Numbered from the stretch's first letter, positions 19,227 through 29,374 are shown. The stretch is 64,000 nt of DNA from an uncultured Thermococci archaeon (GCA_964595645.1 CAZQQT010000008.1:32001-96000), one strand, 5' to 3'. Translations and numbers: made by a program. The notes: generated by a model from the sequence alone, not told the origin.

Positions 19227-20495
19227 ATGGATGAAAAACTCACGCTCTGTCTCGTCTTCGTTTTTTCCATCATACTCTCTTCTCTCTTCGTTCTCCCCTT
19301 CGATCAGCTCTTGGGAGAGGATCCGTATTTTCATCGGGAGGTGACGGAGTTCTTTGCAGAACACGGAACACTCCCTCAAAATAATACCGAGCAGTGGGAA
19401 GAGGAAAGGCCCTATGCCACTTATCTTACATTTAAGTTGAAGACGTACCCCAGAGGGTTCTACTACCCCCTCTATCCATTTTATGGAGCGTTGAAGTATT
19501 TTCCTCTCGTTGTGTCAGGACTGATAAGTGTTCCTCTCTACCTGTATCTCTCACAATACTCTAAAGAAGCAGGAATTCTTGCGGCAATCCTCGTACATAC
19601 CCCCAACTTTACGGCGCACTCGATTCTCCTTCTTCCCGAAGTTGTGGGATTAGTGTTGTTACCGCTGGTGCTCTATCTGTTTGAGAGGAAGTACTATCTG
19701 GCTGGGATTCTTTTGGGGATACTATCTTTTATTCATCCTTTCAGCGCGCTAATAGGCTACTTGGGAGTGGTAATTACTGGAGCATTTAAAAAAGAAATAA
19801 AAAATTTTCTTATTTCCCTCCTGATAAGTTTTGTTATCGTATCGCCGTATGCATTCCTCATACTGCAGCAGAAAACGAATGTAGGGTATCAGCTGGGATT
19901 TCATCTATCTACGGAAGTTTATTCGCTACAAAAGTATCTTGGTTTTTTTGGCGTGTTGGTGATATCTCCCATCTTTCTCTATCTTTCAATCAAAAAAAAG
20001 GACTACATTCCACTGGTGTTTGCAGGCGTTCTCATGGTTTTCTCAGTTGTGAGTATTACACGAGTACCACCGGAACGATTTTTTGCCTATCTTTCTATCA
20101 TCTTGGCAATAATTGTGGCGAAACGACTTGTTGAAATAAAAAATGTAAAAGTGAAGCATGCATTGGTGTTTTCTTTGGTTTTTCTCTCGTTTGTGCAGAA
20201 CTACTGGATCTTTGGAGCGATAGGCCCGGCGCCGCGTGAGACAGCCTCATGGGAGTTTTTGCATGAGAACTCTCTCGAGAACGCACAGGTGCTGGGGTGG
20301 GATCGGTATCCACAGATCTTCACCACGGAACGACGGATCTACTTCTCCGACACGAGCTATACCAACTACAAAGAGTTTGACTACGTTTCTCCCGATGCTA
20401 ACGTGCTGGCACGCAAAAAAGAGTTCTTACAGTCCTTAGAAGAAGATAAAATATACGATAATAAAGTAGGATTATGGCACATAGAAGAGTCATAG
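19227..20495 (+). CDS. Multi-pass membrane protein, probable GT-C fold glycosyltransferase
   Basis: First-loop GEDPYFH, YPRGF, about 10 TM segments, ERFFAYL, soluble C-terminus. Confidence 0.55.
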   Translation: MDEKLTLCLVFVFSIILSSLFVLPFDQLLGEDPYFHREVTEFFAEHGTLPQNNTEQWEEERPYATYLTFKLKTYPRGFYYPLYPFYGALKYFPLVVSGLISVPLYLYLSQYSKEAGILAAILVHTPNFTAHSILLLPEVVGLVLLPLVLYLFERKYYLAGILLGILSFIHPFSALIGYLGVVITGAFKKEIKNFLISLLISFVIVSPYAFLILQQKTNVGYQLGFHLSTEVYSLQKYLGFFGVLVISPIFLYLSIKKKDYIPLVFAGVLMVFSVVSITRVPPERFFAYLSIILAIIVAKRLVEIKNVKVKHALVFSLVFLSFVQNYWIFGAIGPAPRETASWEFLHENSLENAQVLGWDRYPQIFTTERRIYFSDTSYTNYKEFDYVSPDANVLARKKEFLQSLEEDKIYDNKVGLWHIEES

Positions 20496-21071
20496 TACGT
20501 TGTATCCTTCTTCCAGTGCCTTGAGATCGAGATCTAAGAATTTCTCTGGAACTCTTTCCTTCAATACATTTGAAAGTTCATCTTTTGTGAATGGGAGTTT
20601 CTCGCCTACTTTGCACAGCGCGCCGAGCATAATGATATTCATTACAATGGGCTTTCCGAGTTTCTTTGCAATTTTGTACGCATCGAACCGATGTACTTTG
20701 CAGTGCGATTCCAGCTTCTTCAGTACTTCTTCGGGGTTGGGATACTCAGCGTCTCCTATCGATACAGTGACCGGAACAACAGGTTTTTCGTTGACCACTG
20801 CGATTCCATCCTTCTTCATGAACTTTACCTGTCTCAACGCCTCCACCGGTTCAAATCCCAGCAGATAGTCGCATTTCCCTTCAGGTACAAGAGCTCCGTA
20901 GATGTTACCAAGTCTCACATGAGATGTAACCGCACCTCCCCGCTGTGCCATTCCGTGGGTCTCGCCGATTCGTACCGTATACCCGTGGTTCATTGCTGCC
21001 TTTGCCAGTATTTGCGATGCCAGTAAGTTTCCCTGACCTCCAACGCCTGAGATAATGATATTCGTTTCCAT
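20490..21071 (-). CDS. iorB: Indolepyruvate:ferredoxin oxidoreductase beta subunit
   Basis: GVGGQG, ETHGMAQRGGAV, FEPVEALR. Confidence 0.9.
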   Translation of the reverse strand: METNIIISGVGGQGNLLASQILAKAAMNHGYTVRIGETHGMAQRGGAVTSHVRLGNIYGALVPEGKCDYLLGFEPVEALRQVKFMKKDGIAVVNEKPVVPVTVSIGDAEYPNPEEVLKKLESHCKVHRFDAYKIAKKLGKPIVMNIIMLGALCKVGEKLPFTKDELSNVLKERVPEKFLDLDLKALEEGYNVL

Positions 21072-21479
21072 GGGATCACCTATTGATACTCTCTACTAGG
21101 AGAATTTAAAAAAGGTTATGGTTCTGTTCTCACTTTACACGCTTCTCCCGTTAACAACTTTCTTATTTGTCACATCTACTTGTTATTTTGTCACCTTCTG
21201 TATCACCGTTGTTGGTGTAAAAAATGTCCGAAATCACCACATTTCAACATAGAAAGCTCATACCTTTCATGAATCTGAAGGAGAGCTAAGCAATTGATCA
21301 TCCATATATTATTAACAAATGCAGAATAATCAACATTTTCCTACCAATGGGAAAAAATATTTTTATAAATAGCTTCTATAGTAGATAGAATCATAAAAAA
21401 GACTTTAAATTAAAAAATAACCCAAAATTTTTTATACAGAACATACCTAAAGCAATATAGGATATATCATGGTGATTGA

Positions 21480-21941
21480 ATGAAGAGATTCGGGCCTATC
21501 ATATTAATGATTCTTTTTTGTACATCTTTTGTTCTCAGCGCCTCTGTTGTACAAGAGTTCCAGGTGACCACGAACCCCAGCGATCAACGGCATCCGAAGA
21601 TCCACGGTGAGTACGCAGTGTGGCACGATCGTCGAGATGGAGACTACAATATCTACAGTGCCAAACTGGCTGGAGTAATTCTCCCTGAAGAGAAGGAAGT
21701 CTTTATCAACCCCGTTGTCTCCTTCATGCCTGTAAAGAACTACCATCTGGATCAAGTACACCAGCTCCTCCTTGATATCGACGAGTTACTCCCTGATGTT
21801 GTACCAGAGGATATCCAACAGTTGTTGGATGAAGCACAAATGCATATTGGCAATGCAAATACTACGGGAAACACAATCTACGCGAATAACGAGTTATTGA
21901 AGACTATAAAGGTATTGGGACAAGTATTGAACATGCTTTAA
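21480..21941 (+). CDS. Small secreted protein: signal peptide, one beta-propeller repeat and the shared C-terminal domain
   Basis: FQVTTNPSDQRHPKIHGEYAVWHDRRDGDYNIY resembles a Methanosarcina-type surface propeller repeat; tail homologous to 3738..3989. Confidence 0.7.
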   Translation: MKRFGPIILMILFCTSFVLSASVVQEFQVTTNPSDQRHPKIHGEYAVWHDRRDGDYNIYSAKLAGVILPEEKEVFINPVVSFMPVKNYHLDQVHQLLLDIDELLPDVVPEDIQQLLDEAQMHIGNANTTGNTIYANNELLKTIKVLGQVLNML

Positions 21942-22059
21942 TTTTCTCCCCTTTTTTAATACATCAACTATTATACCAATGAGATCCCCATTGCCTCCAT
22001 CACAAGCTTTATAAAGCCGTATAATCCATGTCATTGCATGAGGAGGGATTTACTTTGCG

Positions 22060-22278
22060 GTCCCGGACTCAGCTAAAGATGTGCTGGAAGCACTCATAGA
22101 GAAGGATGGAGTCTCTTCTCGACGTATTGCTAATCGGATTGATATGCCCAACAGGACAGTTCGGTATGCACTTCGGATATTAAAATCAAAGGATCTTGTG
22201 ATCATGAAACCGGTGCTTGGCGATACGCGGAGGAAGATATATCTTCTCAATGAGGACTTTCTGGAGAAACATGTCTGA
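22060..22278 (+). CDS. Small winged-HTH transcriptional regulator (start uncertain)
   Basis: VPDSAKDVL..IANRIDMPNRTVRYALRILKSKDLV..DTRRKIY; first in-frame canonical start is GTG 22081. Confidence 0.7.
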   Translation, partial: VPDSAKDVLEALIEKDGVSSRRIANRIDMPNRTVRYALRILKSKDLVIMKPVLGDTRRKIYLLNEDFLEKHV

Positions 22279-22418
22279 GTCAGGTGAATAGAGGAATCAT
22301 CCGATCGATAGATTTTTATATAGGGAGATACCGCCCTGTATCGGAATCTATAAAAACCAAAAGTTTTTAAATAGTCTAGAAGATAGATTTTAAGTTAGCA
22401 AAATAGGAGGTATGCAAT

Positions 22419-23717
22419 ATGGCAAAGAAAAAACCTCATCTGAATGTGGCATTCATTGGCCATGTAGACCATGGGAAATCTACACTTATAGGAAGAATGC
22501 TGATGGAACATGGGGATATACGAGAGCAGATGATCAAAAAGTTCGAAGATATGGGTGAAAAAGGAAAGACCTTTAAGTTTGCATGGGTCATGGACAACCT
22601 CAAGGAGGAGAGAGAGCGAGGAGTGACCATTGACCTGGCACACAAGAAGTTCGAGACGGATAACAAGTATGTGACAATTGTGGATTGTCCGGGACATCGA
22701 GACTTCGTGAAGAACATGATTACCGGTGCCTCTCAGGCAGATGCAGCCGTACTTGTGATAGATGCGAAGGACGGAATCATGCCTCAGACAAAGGAGCACC
22801 TCTTCCTGGCAAGAACCCTCGGTATCAGCCAGCTAATTGTTGTAATAAACAAAATGGACCTGGTAGACTACAAAGAGGAACGATTCGAAGAGGTAAAAAA
22901 GGCGACACAGAAGCTCCTGAAACTTGTGGGGTATAAACCGGACAAGGTACCTCTCCTACCTACTTCCGCGTTCCAGGGCGAAGGCGTAGTAAAGCGCAGT
23001 GAAAAAATGTCCTGGTACTCAGGAAAGCCTTTCATGGACGTACTGGATGGTATAGAGGAGCCGGAGAAACCGATTGACAAGCCGCTGAGACTTCCAGTGC
23101 AGGATGTTTTCACGATTACAGGTGTCGGTACGGTACCTGTAGGAAGAATCGAGACCGGACAGCTGAAGGTAGGAGACAAGGTGATGTTCGAACCTGCATC
23201 CACCGTTCTTGGAAAGCCCGTATCTGGAGAGGTCAAAACTATCGAAATGCACCACGAAAATCTTCAAGAAGCTGAACCAGGAGACAACGTGGGATTCAAC
23301 GTAAGAGGTATCGGGAAGAAGGATATTAAGCGAGGAGATGTGCTGGGACGTGTCGATAACCCACCTTCTGTAATTACACCCAATGATACCTTTAGAGCCC
23401 AGATAGCAGTATTGGATCATCCTACGGCAGTGACTGCCGGCTACACACCAGTATTCCACTGTTACACTGCACAGGTTGCGTGCACCTTTGAGAAACTTGT
23501 TGCAAAACTCGACAAGAAGACAGGTGGTGTAGCAGAGGAGAATCCGGACTACTTGAAACCAGGAGATTCGGCACTGGTCGAGATCAGGCCTACCAAACCG
23601 ATGGTCCTTGAAGAGTACAAGGATATTCCCGAAATGGGGAGATTCGCTGTACGAGACATGGGCATGACTATAGCAGCAGGGTTCTGTGTTGCTATACACA
23701 AAGGAGGCAAAGAGTAA
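22419..23717 (+). CDS. tuf: Translation elongation factor EF-1alpha
   Basis: [46 protein letters not shown]. Confidence 0.98.
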   Translation: MAKKKPHLNVAFIGHVDHGKSTLIGRMLMEHGDIREQMIKKFEDMGEKGKTFKFAWVMDNLKEERERGVTIDLAHKKFETDNKYVTIVDCPGHRDFVKNMITGASQADAAVLVIDAKDGIMPQTKEHLFLARTLGISQLIVVINKMDLVDYKEERFEEVKKATQKLLKLVGYKPDKVPLLPTSAFQGEGVVKRSEKMSWYSGKPFMDVLDGIEEPEKPIDKPLRLPVQDVFTITGVGTVPVGRIETGQLKVGDKVMFEPASTVLGKPVSGEVKTIEMHHENLQEAEPGDNVGFNVRGIGKKDIKRGDVLGRVDNPPSVITPNDTFRAQIAVLDHPTAVTAGYTPVFHCYTAQVACTFEKLVAKLDKKTGGVAEENPDYLKPGDSALVEIRPTKPMVLEEYKDIPEMGRFAVRDMGMTIAAGFCVAIHKGGKE

Positions 23718-23728
23718 GAGGGATCGCG

Positions 23729-24037
23729 GTGCAGAGAGCGAGAATACGGCTTGCGTCTACGGAAGCAGAAAAATTAGAAACTGTGTGCGAACAGGTAAAG
23801 AAAATTGCAGAAAAGACAGGAGTAAATATCTCTGGACCCATGCCTCTGCCCACAAAAAAGTTGAAGGTCCCTGTGAGAAAGTCTCCCGATGGTGAAGGCA
23901 CAGCCACATGGGAACGATGGGAAATGCGGATCCATAAAAGACTCATAGAGATCGATGCCGATGATAGAACTATGCGGCAGGTCATGCGAGTCTCCGTACC
24001 AGAGGGAGTGAATATAGAGATCGAATTGATCTCTTAA
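23729..24037 (+). CDS. rps10: 30S ribosomal protein S10 (uS10)
   Basis: [28 protein letters not shown]. Confidence 0.97.
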   Translation: MQRARIRLASTEAEKLETVCEQVKKIAEKTGVNISGPMPLPTKKLKVPVRKSPDGEGTATWERWEMRIHKRLIEIDADDRTMRQVMRVSVPEGVNIEIELIS

Positions 24038-24078
24038 CTTTTTTTCATTTTTCTGGTTCTTTTTTTGTTTCTTTCCAC
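24038..24078 (+). terminator. Archaeal oligo-T terminator
   Basis: Successive T-tracts directly after the rps10 stop. Confidence 0.55.
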
Positions 24079-24131
24079 AAGACGCTCACAAGATTAAGAG
24101 GATTATTCAGTATCGCCATGAGTAGGTATGA

Positions 24132-24818
24132 ATGAAATATATGAAGCGAATACTTATCACGGGTTTCATAATCGCTTTTTTTCTTTTGGGGCAATGTACA
24201 CTATCCTCACAAAACAAACCAGAGGGAGCAATCAATACTGTGGTGATGCAGCACGTAGAGGGTGAGACACCCACACTGATCGTGTATGGGACGCATAATC
24301 CTGATCCGACAGGGACAAAAGCAGATAAAGAAACTGCTTACCGAATTCAAGAGCTGATAGAGAACCAGATAGGATCGGAGATCCGAGTAAAAGCGGATAG
24401 CGATGTCAACGCTACAGATATTCAGACATGCAATCTCATGTTATATGGCGGGCCTGTGTCAAATGAGATCATGGCAGAGATAAACGATGATCTCCCCATT
24501 CAGTTTGAAAATATTACAGGACAATGGTATATTGTTGCTGGAGAGCAGAAATTTACCGGGGAAGACGTTGGCGTGATCATGGCATGTCCCAATCCACTCA
24601 ACAGAGAGCGGTATGTACTTATTTACGCGGGGATTTCGCGAATAGGAACGCAAAACGCGAACAAAGTGTACCACGGTCCAACTGACTACGTCATATTCAA
24701 CCGTGCATCATGGAAAGAAAGAACGCGACAAAGTCCAGGACCTGTCCCAAAGGAAGGATTTTTTGATAAATCTAACCCATCTCACTGGAAAATGCAGAAA
24801 AAAGAGAAAGAGCAATAG
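24132..24818 (+). CDS. Secreted hypothetical protein (S-layer/peptidase-associated-like domain)
   Basis: Signal peptide; IVYGT..NLMLYGGPVSN..PNPLN..VLIYAG pattern. Confidence 0.6.
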   Translation: MKYMKRILITGFIIAFFLLGQCTLSSQNKPEGAINTVVMQHVEGETPTLIVYGTHNPDPTGTKADKETAYRIQELIENQIGSEIRVKADSDVNATDIQTCNLMLYGGPVSNEIMAEINDDLPIQFENITGQWYIVAGEQKFTGEDVGVIMACPNPLNRERYVLIYAGISRIGTQNANKVYHGPTDYVIFNRASWKERTRQSPGPVPKEGFFDKSNPSHWKMQKKEKEQ

Positions 24819-24881
24819 ATCTATTCTTCTCTACCTTATTCTCATGAAAAATTATTTATATAATGAGATGGATGTAGTAGT

Positions 24882-26678
24882 ATGAACATAAAATCTGTAT
24901 CCCCAATTATTGCAGTAGTATTGCTCATCTCGGCAACGATTGCCATCGGCACAATTTTGATGGCATGGGGATCCGGATTGATCCAGGAAAAACAGAGTGT
25001 TTCTGAAGAAACGAGCGAATCTGTCTTCGGAAATGAAAATTATCTCAGCATTGATAATTTGGCAGACAGTAACGGGACCCTTGTGATATGGGTGAGGAAC
25101 GCGGGGGATGAGGATGTTAGTGTGGAGAACTTTCGGATATATATTAAAAAGAACGGTGTAGAACAGACGCCACAGAATGTCTCAGGATCCACCATTCCTT
25201 CAAAGGATACTATAGAGTTAGCAGAGATTCCGCTTTCCCTAGAGGAGGGCGATACCGTTTCCGTGAAAATTACCACAAAGAGCGGGTATGTCATGACGAA
25301 AACACTGAATCTCACTCCCGAGGCAACGAGTACTACCACGCCGGGACCAACGTCCACACCTCCAGATAACCAACCTCCGACTGCAGATTTCAGTTACAGT
25401 CCTGCTTCTCCCGATACTGGTGATACTATCCAGTTCACCGATCAATCCACCGATCCCGATGGATCAATCGTCTCATGGGATTGGAACTTCGGTGACGGGA
25501 ACTCCTCCTCTGACCAGAATCCTACGCATTCTTACGATGATGACGGAACGTACACGGTGACACTCACCGTCACGGACGATGACGGGGCAACTGACGACTA
25601 CAGTGAAGATATTACTGTGCAGAATCAAAGTCCCACTGCAGATTTTGACTATACTCCTACAAGTCCTTTGACATACGAGACGATTAACTTCGATGGGACA
25701 CTCTCATCGGATCCTGATGGTTCTATTTCCAGTTACGAGTGGGATTGGACAAGCGATGGAATCTTTGATGCTACCGGTTCAAATCCTTCTCACTTCTATA
25801 CCGATGACGGAACGTACACAGTCACGCTTCGGGTAACGGATGACGATGGTGCAACAGATACCTACAGCGACGAGATTACCGTACAAAATCAGGGTCCCAC
25901 CGCCGATGCCAACGGGCCGTACGCAGGCGATGTGGGGGAAACCATTACGTTCGACGGTACTGGCTCTTCTGATCCCGATGGAACAATCAACAGTTACGCG
26001 TGGGACATGGATAACGACGGAAGCTACGATGACGCGACTGGTTCACAACCAACCTATTCTTGGAGTTCTGAGGGAACATATACGATAGGCCTCGAGGTAA
26101 CGGACGACGATGGAGCGATCAATACTGATACGGCGACTGTGTATATAGGAGGTGTGGAGTACAATAATGATGCGGTAGCGGTGGATGGACCTGATAGTGG
26201 CACGACACCAGGGGGCGTTGAGTTTTCTATTACAAATACCTATGATGCTACAATTACTATTGACAGCATTAAAATAGATCCTCTCAACGACAATATTAAC
26301 GAACTTGATGATGATTATGGAGGTGGAAATGATGATCCAGGAGAGGTTGAGATTTACGCTGAAGCGTCTATAGGACAGGATAGTTATTCAGATTGGGGCA
26401 CAGGTGGTAATGATTATGAGGCACTGGCAATTGATGATAGCGGAGTTGAAGTTGCTGTGGGGATAGATGGCGACAATACAAACAGTGGGAATCTCCCTCA
26501 GGTAGAAAGTGGAGGCACCCTCACCTGGTATCTCTATGAGTTCTACGAGGATGGACACCCAGTATGGCCATATCGTTTTAATACAAATCTCGATATGAAC
26601 GGAGAAAGCATCGAAATAACGCTCACGTACACAGTAGATGGGATGCAATTAACCAAGACCTTTACAATTACCCCTTGA
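24882..26678 (+). CDS. Archaeal type IV pilin-like N-terminus with three PKD domains (putative adhesin)
   Basis: Class III signal KS/VSPIIAVVLL; three PTAD..DPDG.I.S..WD..GTYTV.L.VTDDDGA units; acidic C-terminal domain. Confidence 0.85.
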   Translation: MNIKSVSPIIAVVLLISATIAIGTILMAWGSGLIQEKQSVSEETSESVFGNENYLSIDNLADSNGTLVIWVRNAGDEDVSVENFRIYIKKNGVEQTPQNVSGSTIPSKDTIELAEIPLSLEEGDTVSVKITTKSGYVMTKTLNLTPEATSTTTPGPTSTPPDNQPPTADFSYSPASPDTGDTIQFTDQSTDPDGSIVSWDWNFGDGNSSSDQNPTHSYDDDGTYTVTLTVTDDDGATDDYSEDITVQNQSPTADFDYTPTSPLTYETINFDGTLSSDPDGSISSYEWDWTSDGIFDATGSNPSHFYTDDGTYTVTLRVTDDDGATDTYSDEITVQNQGPTADANGPYAGDVGETITFDGTGSSDPDGTINSYAWDMDNDGSYDDATGSQPTYSWSSEGTYTIGLEVTDDDGAINTDTATVYIGGVEYNNDAVAVDGPDSGTTPGGVEFSITNTYDATITIDSIKIDPLNDNINELDDDYGGGNDDPGEVEIYAEASIGQDSYSDWGTGGNDYEALAIDDSGVEVAVGIDGDNTNSGNLPQVESGGTLTWYLYEFYEDGHPVWPYRFNTNLDMNGESIEITLTYTVDGMQLTKTFTITP

Positions 26679-26773
26679 TTGGTTATATATCTCCATTACA
26701 ATAATCGATATCCACTAGATGTTACCCAGTAACCTTTTAAAAGGAAGAGATCGTATAGTACAAAGGTGCGTAC

Positions 26774-27196
26774 ATGACAACAATATATGATGTTCCAGCT
26801 GATAGGCTCATAGGAAGACTGAAAGAAGAATTGAAAACAATAGAAGAAATATCTCCTCCCGAATGGTCAAAGTTTGTGAAGACGTCATGTTCCAAGGAGA
26901 GAAGGCCCGATCAAGAAGATTGGTGGTATATACGGGCGGCATCTATCCTCAGAAAAGTGTATATGGATGGACCATTGGGGGTGTCACGACTTAGAACTAT
27001 CTACGGAAGTAAAAAGAATAGGGGCCACCAACCGGAGAAGTTCAAAAGAGCCAGCGGCTCTGTGATCAGGACGATACTCCAGCAACTGGAGGCTGCTGGA
27101 CTTGTGGAGAATAAGACAGGGAGAGTAATTACATCAAAAGGACAGTCCTTGCTCAATAGTCTTTCACGAGAAGTTGAGAAAGAACTTGAGGGATAA
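26774..27196 (+). CDS. rps19e: 30S ribosomal protein S19e
   Basis: PPEWSKFVKT, DWWYIRAASILRK, SGSVIRTILQQLE. Confidence 0.96.
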   Translation: MTTIYDVPADRLIGRLKEELKTIEEISPPEWSKFVKTSCSKERRPDQEDWWYIRAASILRKVYMDGPLGVSRLRTIYGSKKNRGHQPEKFKRASGSVIRTILQQLEAAGLVENKTGRVITSKGQSLLNSLSREVEKELEG

Positions 27197-27199
27197 TGA

Positions 27200-27535
27200 A
27201 TGGAGGATGAGATTGACGAGATCAAACGAAAGAAGATGGAGAGATTGAGAAAAGCTCAAGAAGAACAACAGGAAGAAGCGCAGCAGGAAGAGGAAGAGAG
27301 AAAAAGGGAAATGCAGAAGCAGCTTATATTGCGACAAATACTCACGAACGAAGCAAGAAACAGGCTCGCCAGAGTGAAAATGGCAAAACCTGAGTTTGGA
27401 GAACAAGTAGAGTCGCAGTTAATTCGCCTGGCACAGGCGGGCAAACTTCAGAAGAAGCTCACAGACAATGATCTTAAAAATCTCTTAAGGTCATTACAAC
27501 AAAGAAAACCGGATTATACCATCAAGAGAAAGTGA
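27200..27535 (+). CDS. PDCD5-like dsDNA-binding protein
   Basis: ILRQILT.EAR.RL..VKMAKPE..VE.QLI.LAQ.G; conserved synteny. Confidence 0.92.
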   Translation: MEDEIDEIKRKKMERLRKAQEEQQEEAQQEEEERKREMQKQLILRQILTNEARNRLARVKMAKPEFGEQVESQLIRLAQAGKLQKKLTDNDLKNLLRSLQQRKPDYTIKRK

Positions 27536-27538
27536 CTT

Positions 27539-28135
27539 ATGGATGCACACCTGTTGTTCACCGGAGGAAAGGATAGTTCTTTATCTGCATTTATACTTAC
27601 ACGATTAGGATATACTGTAAAAACGCTCACAGCTACATTTGGATATAGTGAGAACTGGAAACTGGCGAGAAAAACCGCAGAGGTACTCGGCTACCCACAT
27701 CGTGCGGTAACACTGGACAATGGGATCCTCGAAGAGGGCGCCAGAATTATCCTCAGGGATGAGTACCCACTGAATGGGATTAAATACATCCACAAAAAAG
27801 TCGTTCAGCAGCTTGCTAGGAAATACGACGTGCTTTGTGATGGATCCCGTCGGGATGATAGAACACCACGACTCGATCTCAGTGAGGTGAGGAGTATAGA
27901 GGACAAATACGGAGTGGAGTATATTGCTCCTCTCTGCGGTATCGGGTACAAAACGCTCCGACGGCTGGTAGATAAGTTATTTATAGTGGAAACATATGAC
28001 AGTAGTGAAGGGAAGACAGCCGATTATGAAACAGAAATACGTGCCTTTTTAGGTGAGAAGGCAGAAGGTATATTTCCCGATCATACACATACGAGAGTTA
28101 TTGGATTAAAAGGTGATAAGGATGGCAAGAAATAA
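27539..28135 (+). CDS. PP-loop superfamily protein (COG2117-like)
   Basis: [24 protein letters not shown]; conserved position in the operon. Confidence 0.85.
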   Translation: MDAHLLFTGGKDSSLSAFILTRLGYTVKTLTATFGYSENWKLARKTAEVLGYPHRAVTLDNGILEEGARIILRDEYPLNGIKYIHKKVVQQLARKYDVLCDGSRRDDRTPRLDLSEVRSIEDKYGVEYIAPLCGIGYKTLRRLVDKLFIVETYDSSEGKTADYETEIRAFLGEKAEGIFPDHTHTRVIGLKGDKDGKK

Positions 28136-28277
28136 ACCACTTGGTAAGAAATTAAGATTAGGTAAAGCGTCAAAACAAAATAGAAGAGTTCCCGTATGGG
28201 TTTGGGCAAAAACACAGATGAATGTGAGAGATCATCCGAAAAGAAGACATTGGCGAAGGAGTAAACTGAAGAGGTGA
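28122..28277 (+). CDS. rpl39e: 50S ribosomal protein L39e (not in ORF track)
   Basis: Manual translation [45 protein letters not shown]; RBS aggtga. Confidence 0.96.
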   Translation: MARNKPLGKKLRLGKASKQNRRVPVWVWAKTQMNVRDHPKRRHWRRSKLKR

Positions 28278-28281
28278 TCCT

Positions 28282-28536
28282 ATGGAATCTGGTGAAGAGC
28301 GAGTATACACTGTACCCTTTCGAAAGGTAAAAAAGGCATCAAGGAAGAAAAGAAGTGCGAAAGCTGTAAAAATACTCAAGGATTTTATCCAACGACACAC
28401 AAAGACAGAGGATATACGGATAGATTCCACGTTAAATGAAAAGATATGGGAAAAAGGAATAGAGAACCCACCATCAAAGCTGAGAATCAGAGTGAAAAAG
28501 GAGGAAGATGTTGCAACGGTATACCTCGCTGAATAA
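28282..28536 (+). CDS. rpl31e: 50S ribosomal protein L31e
   Basis: ERVYTVP, KRSAKAVK, LNEKIWEKGIENPP. Confidence 0.95.
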   Translation: MESGEERVYTVPFRKVKKASRKKRSAKAVKILKDFIQRHTKTEDIRIDSTLNEKIWEKGIENPPSKLRIRVKKEEDVATVYLAE

Positions 28537-28537
28537 T

Positions 28538-29179
28538 ATGATAGAAAAACTTGAAATTGGAAGGAATCCTTTTATAGGGGCCTTTGGCATTGCAAATGAA
28601 GAAATAGCATTTCTTTCTGTGGATTTTACAGAGAAAAAAGCAAAGATTGTGGAAAAGATATTGTCCACGGAAGTGCAGCTTACAACAGTATCGAGAACAA
28701 ACCTTGTTGGAATTCTTGGTGCCGGCAACACCCACGGTCTTGTACTTCCCTATACTGTGGAAGATCATGAGATAGATCCCCTAAAAGAGGCAGATGTAAA
28801 TGTAGAGATACTTTCAACAAAGCATACCGCTCTTGGGAATCTGATAGCGTGCAACGATAACGGTGCTGTTATAAGTACGAAACTGAAAGAAGAGGCGAAG
28901 ACAATAGAAGACGCATTGGATGTTGAAGTGTTTATTCAGGGATCTCATAATTACGGGAGCATGATACTCTGCACAAACCATGGATCACTTGTCCATCCGG
29001 CACTCACGGAGGAGACCGATGAGTTTGAGGCAGCGTTTGACGTGGAGGTAGATGTAGGGAGTGCAAACAGAGGGGTCTACTATCTAGGCATCTCCGTCCT
29101 TGCAAATACCCAAGGAGCGGTGGTAGGAAATTTAACGACAGGTCCCGAGATGAATAAAATAGAGGACATCATGTTTTAG
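28538..29179 (+). CDS. eif6: Translation initiation factor 6 (aIF6)
   Basis: NPFIGAF, ALGNLIACNDNG, GSANRG, TTGPE. Confidence 0.93.
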   Translation: MIEKLEIGRNPFIGAFGIANEEIAFLSVDFTEKKAKIVEKILSTEVQLTTVSRTNLVGILGAGNTHGLVLPYTVEDHEIDPLKEADVNVEILSTKHTALGNLIACNDNGAVISTKLKEEAKTIEDALDVEVFIQGSHNYGSMILCTNHGSLVHPALTEETDEFEAAFDVEVDVGSANRGVYYLGISVLANTQGAVVGNLTTGPEMNKIEDIMF

Positions 29180-29191
29180 GAGGGAGAATAA

Positions 29192-29374
29192 ATGAAAGAG
29201 TTTAAAATCAGTGGAAAATTCAAAATGGGAGAGAAAATGCAGGATTTTACTAAAGTAGTAAAAGGCCAGAATGAAAAAAGAGTGAGAGAGAAGATCTATT
29301 GCGATATAGGAAGCAGGCACAGGGTGAAACGATCTAATATAACAATTCTCAATGTGGAGAAGGTGGAAGAATGA
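29192..29374 (+). CDS. rplX: 50S ribosomal protein L18Ae/LX
   Basis: EKIYCDIGSRHRVKRSNI. Confidence 0.92.
   Translation: MKEFKISGKFKMGEKMQDFTKVVKGQNEKRVREKIYCDIGSRHRVKRSNITILNVEKVEE

Noticed and set aside
21072-21479. Long intergenic gap (also 7687..7990) as hidden genes
   Set aside because: Only short stop-interrupted frames; could be remnants but nothing assignable.
22300-22360. Imperfect hairpin upstream of tuf as an ncRNA
   Set aside because: Short, weak stem with no C/D or H/ACA signature.
25360-26150. Repeated DNA motifs such as gatgacggaacgtacac
   Set aside because: Explained by tandem PKD domains.
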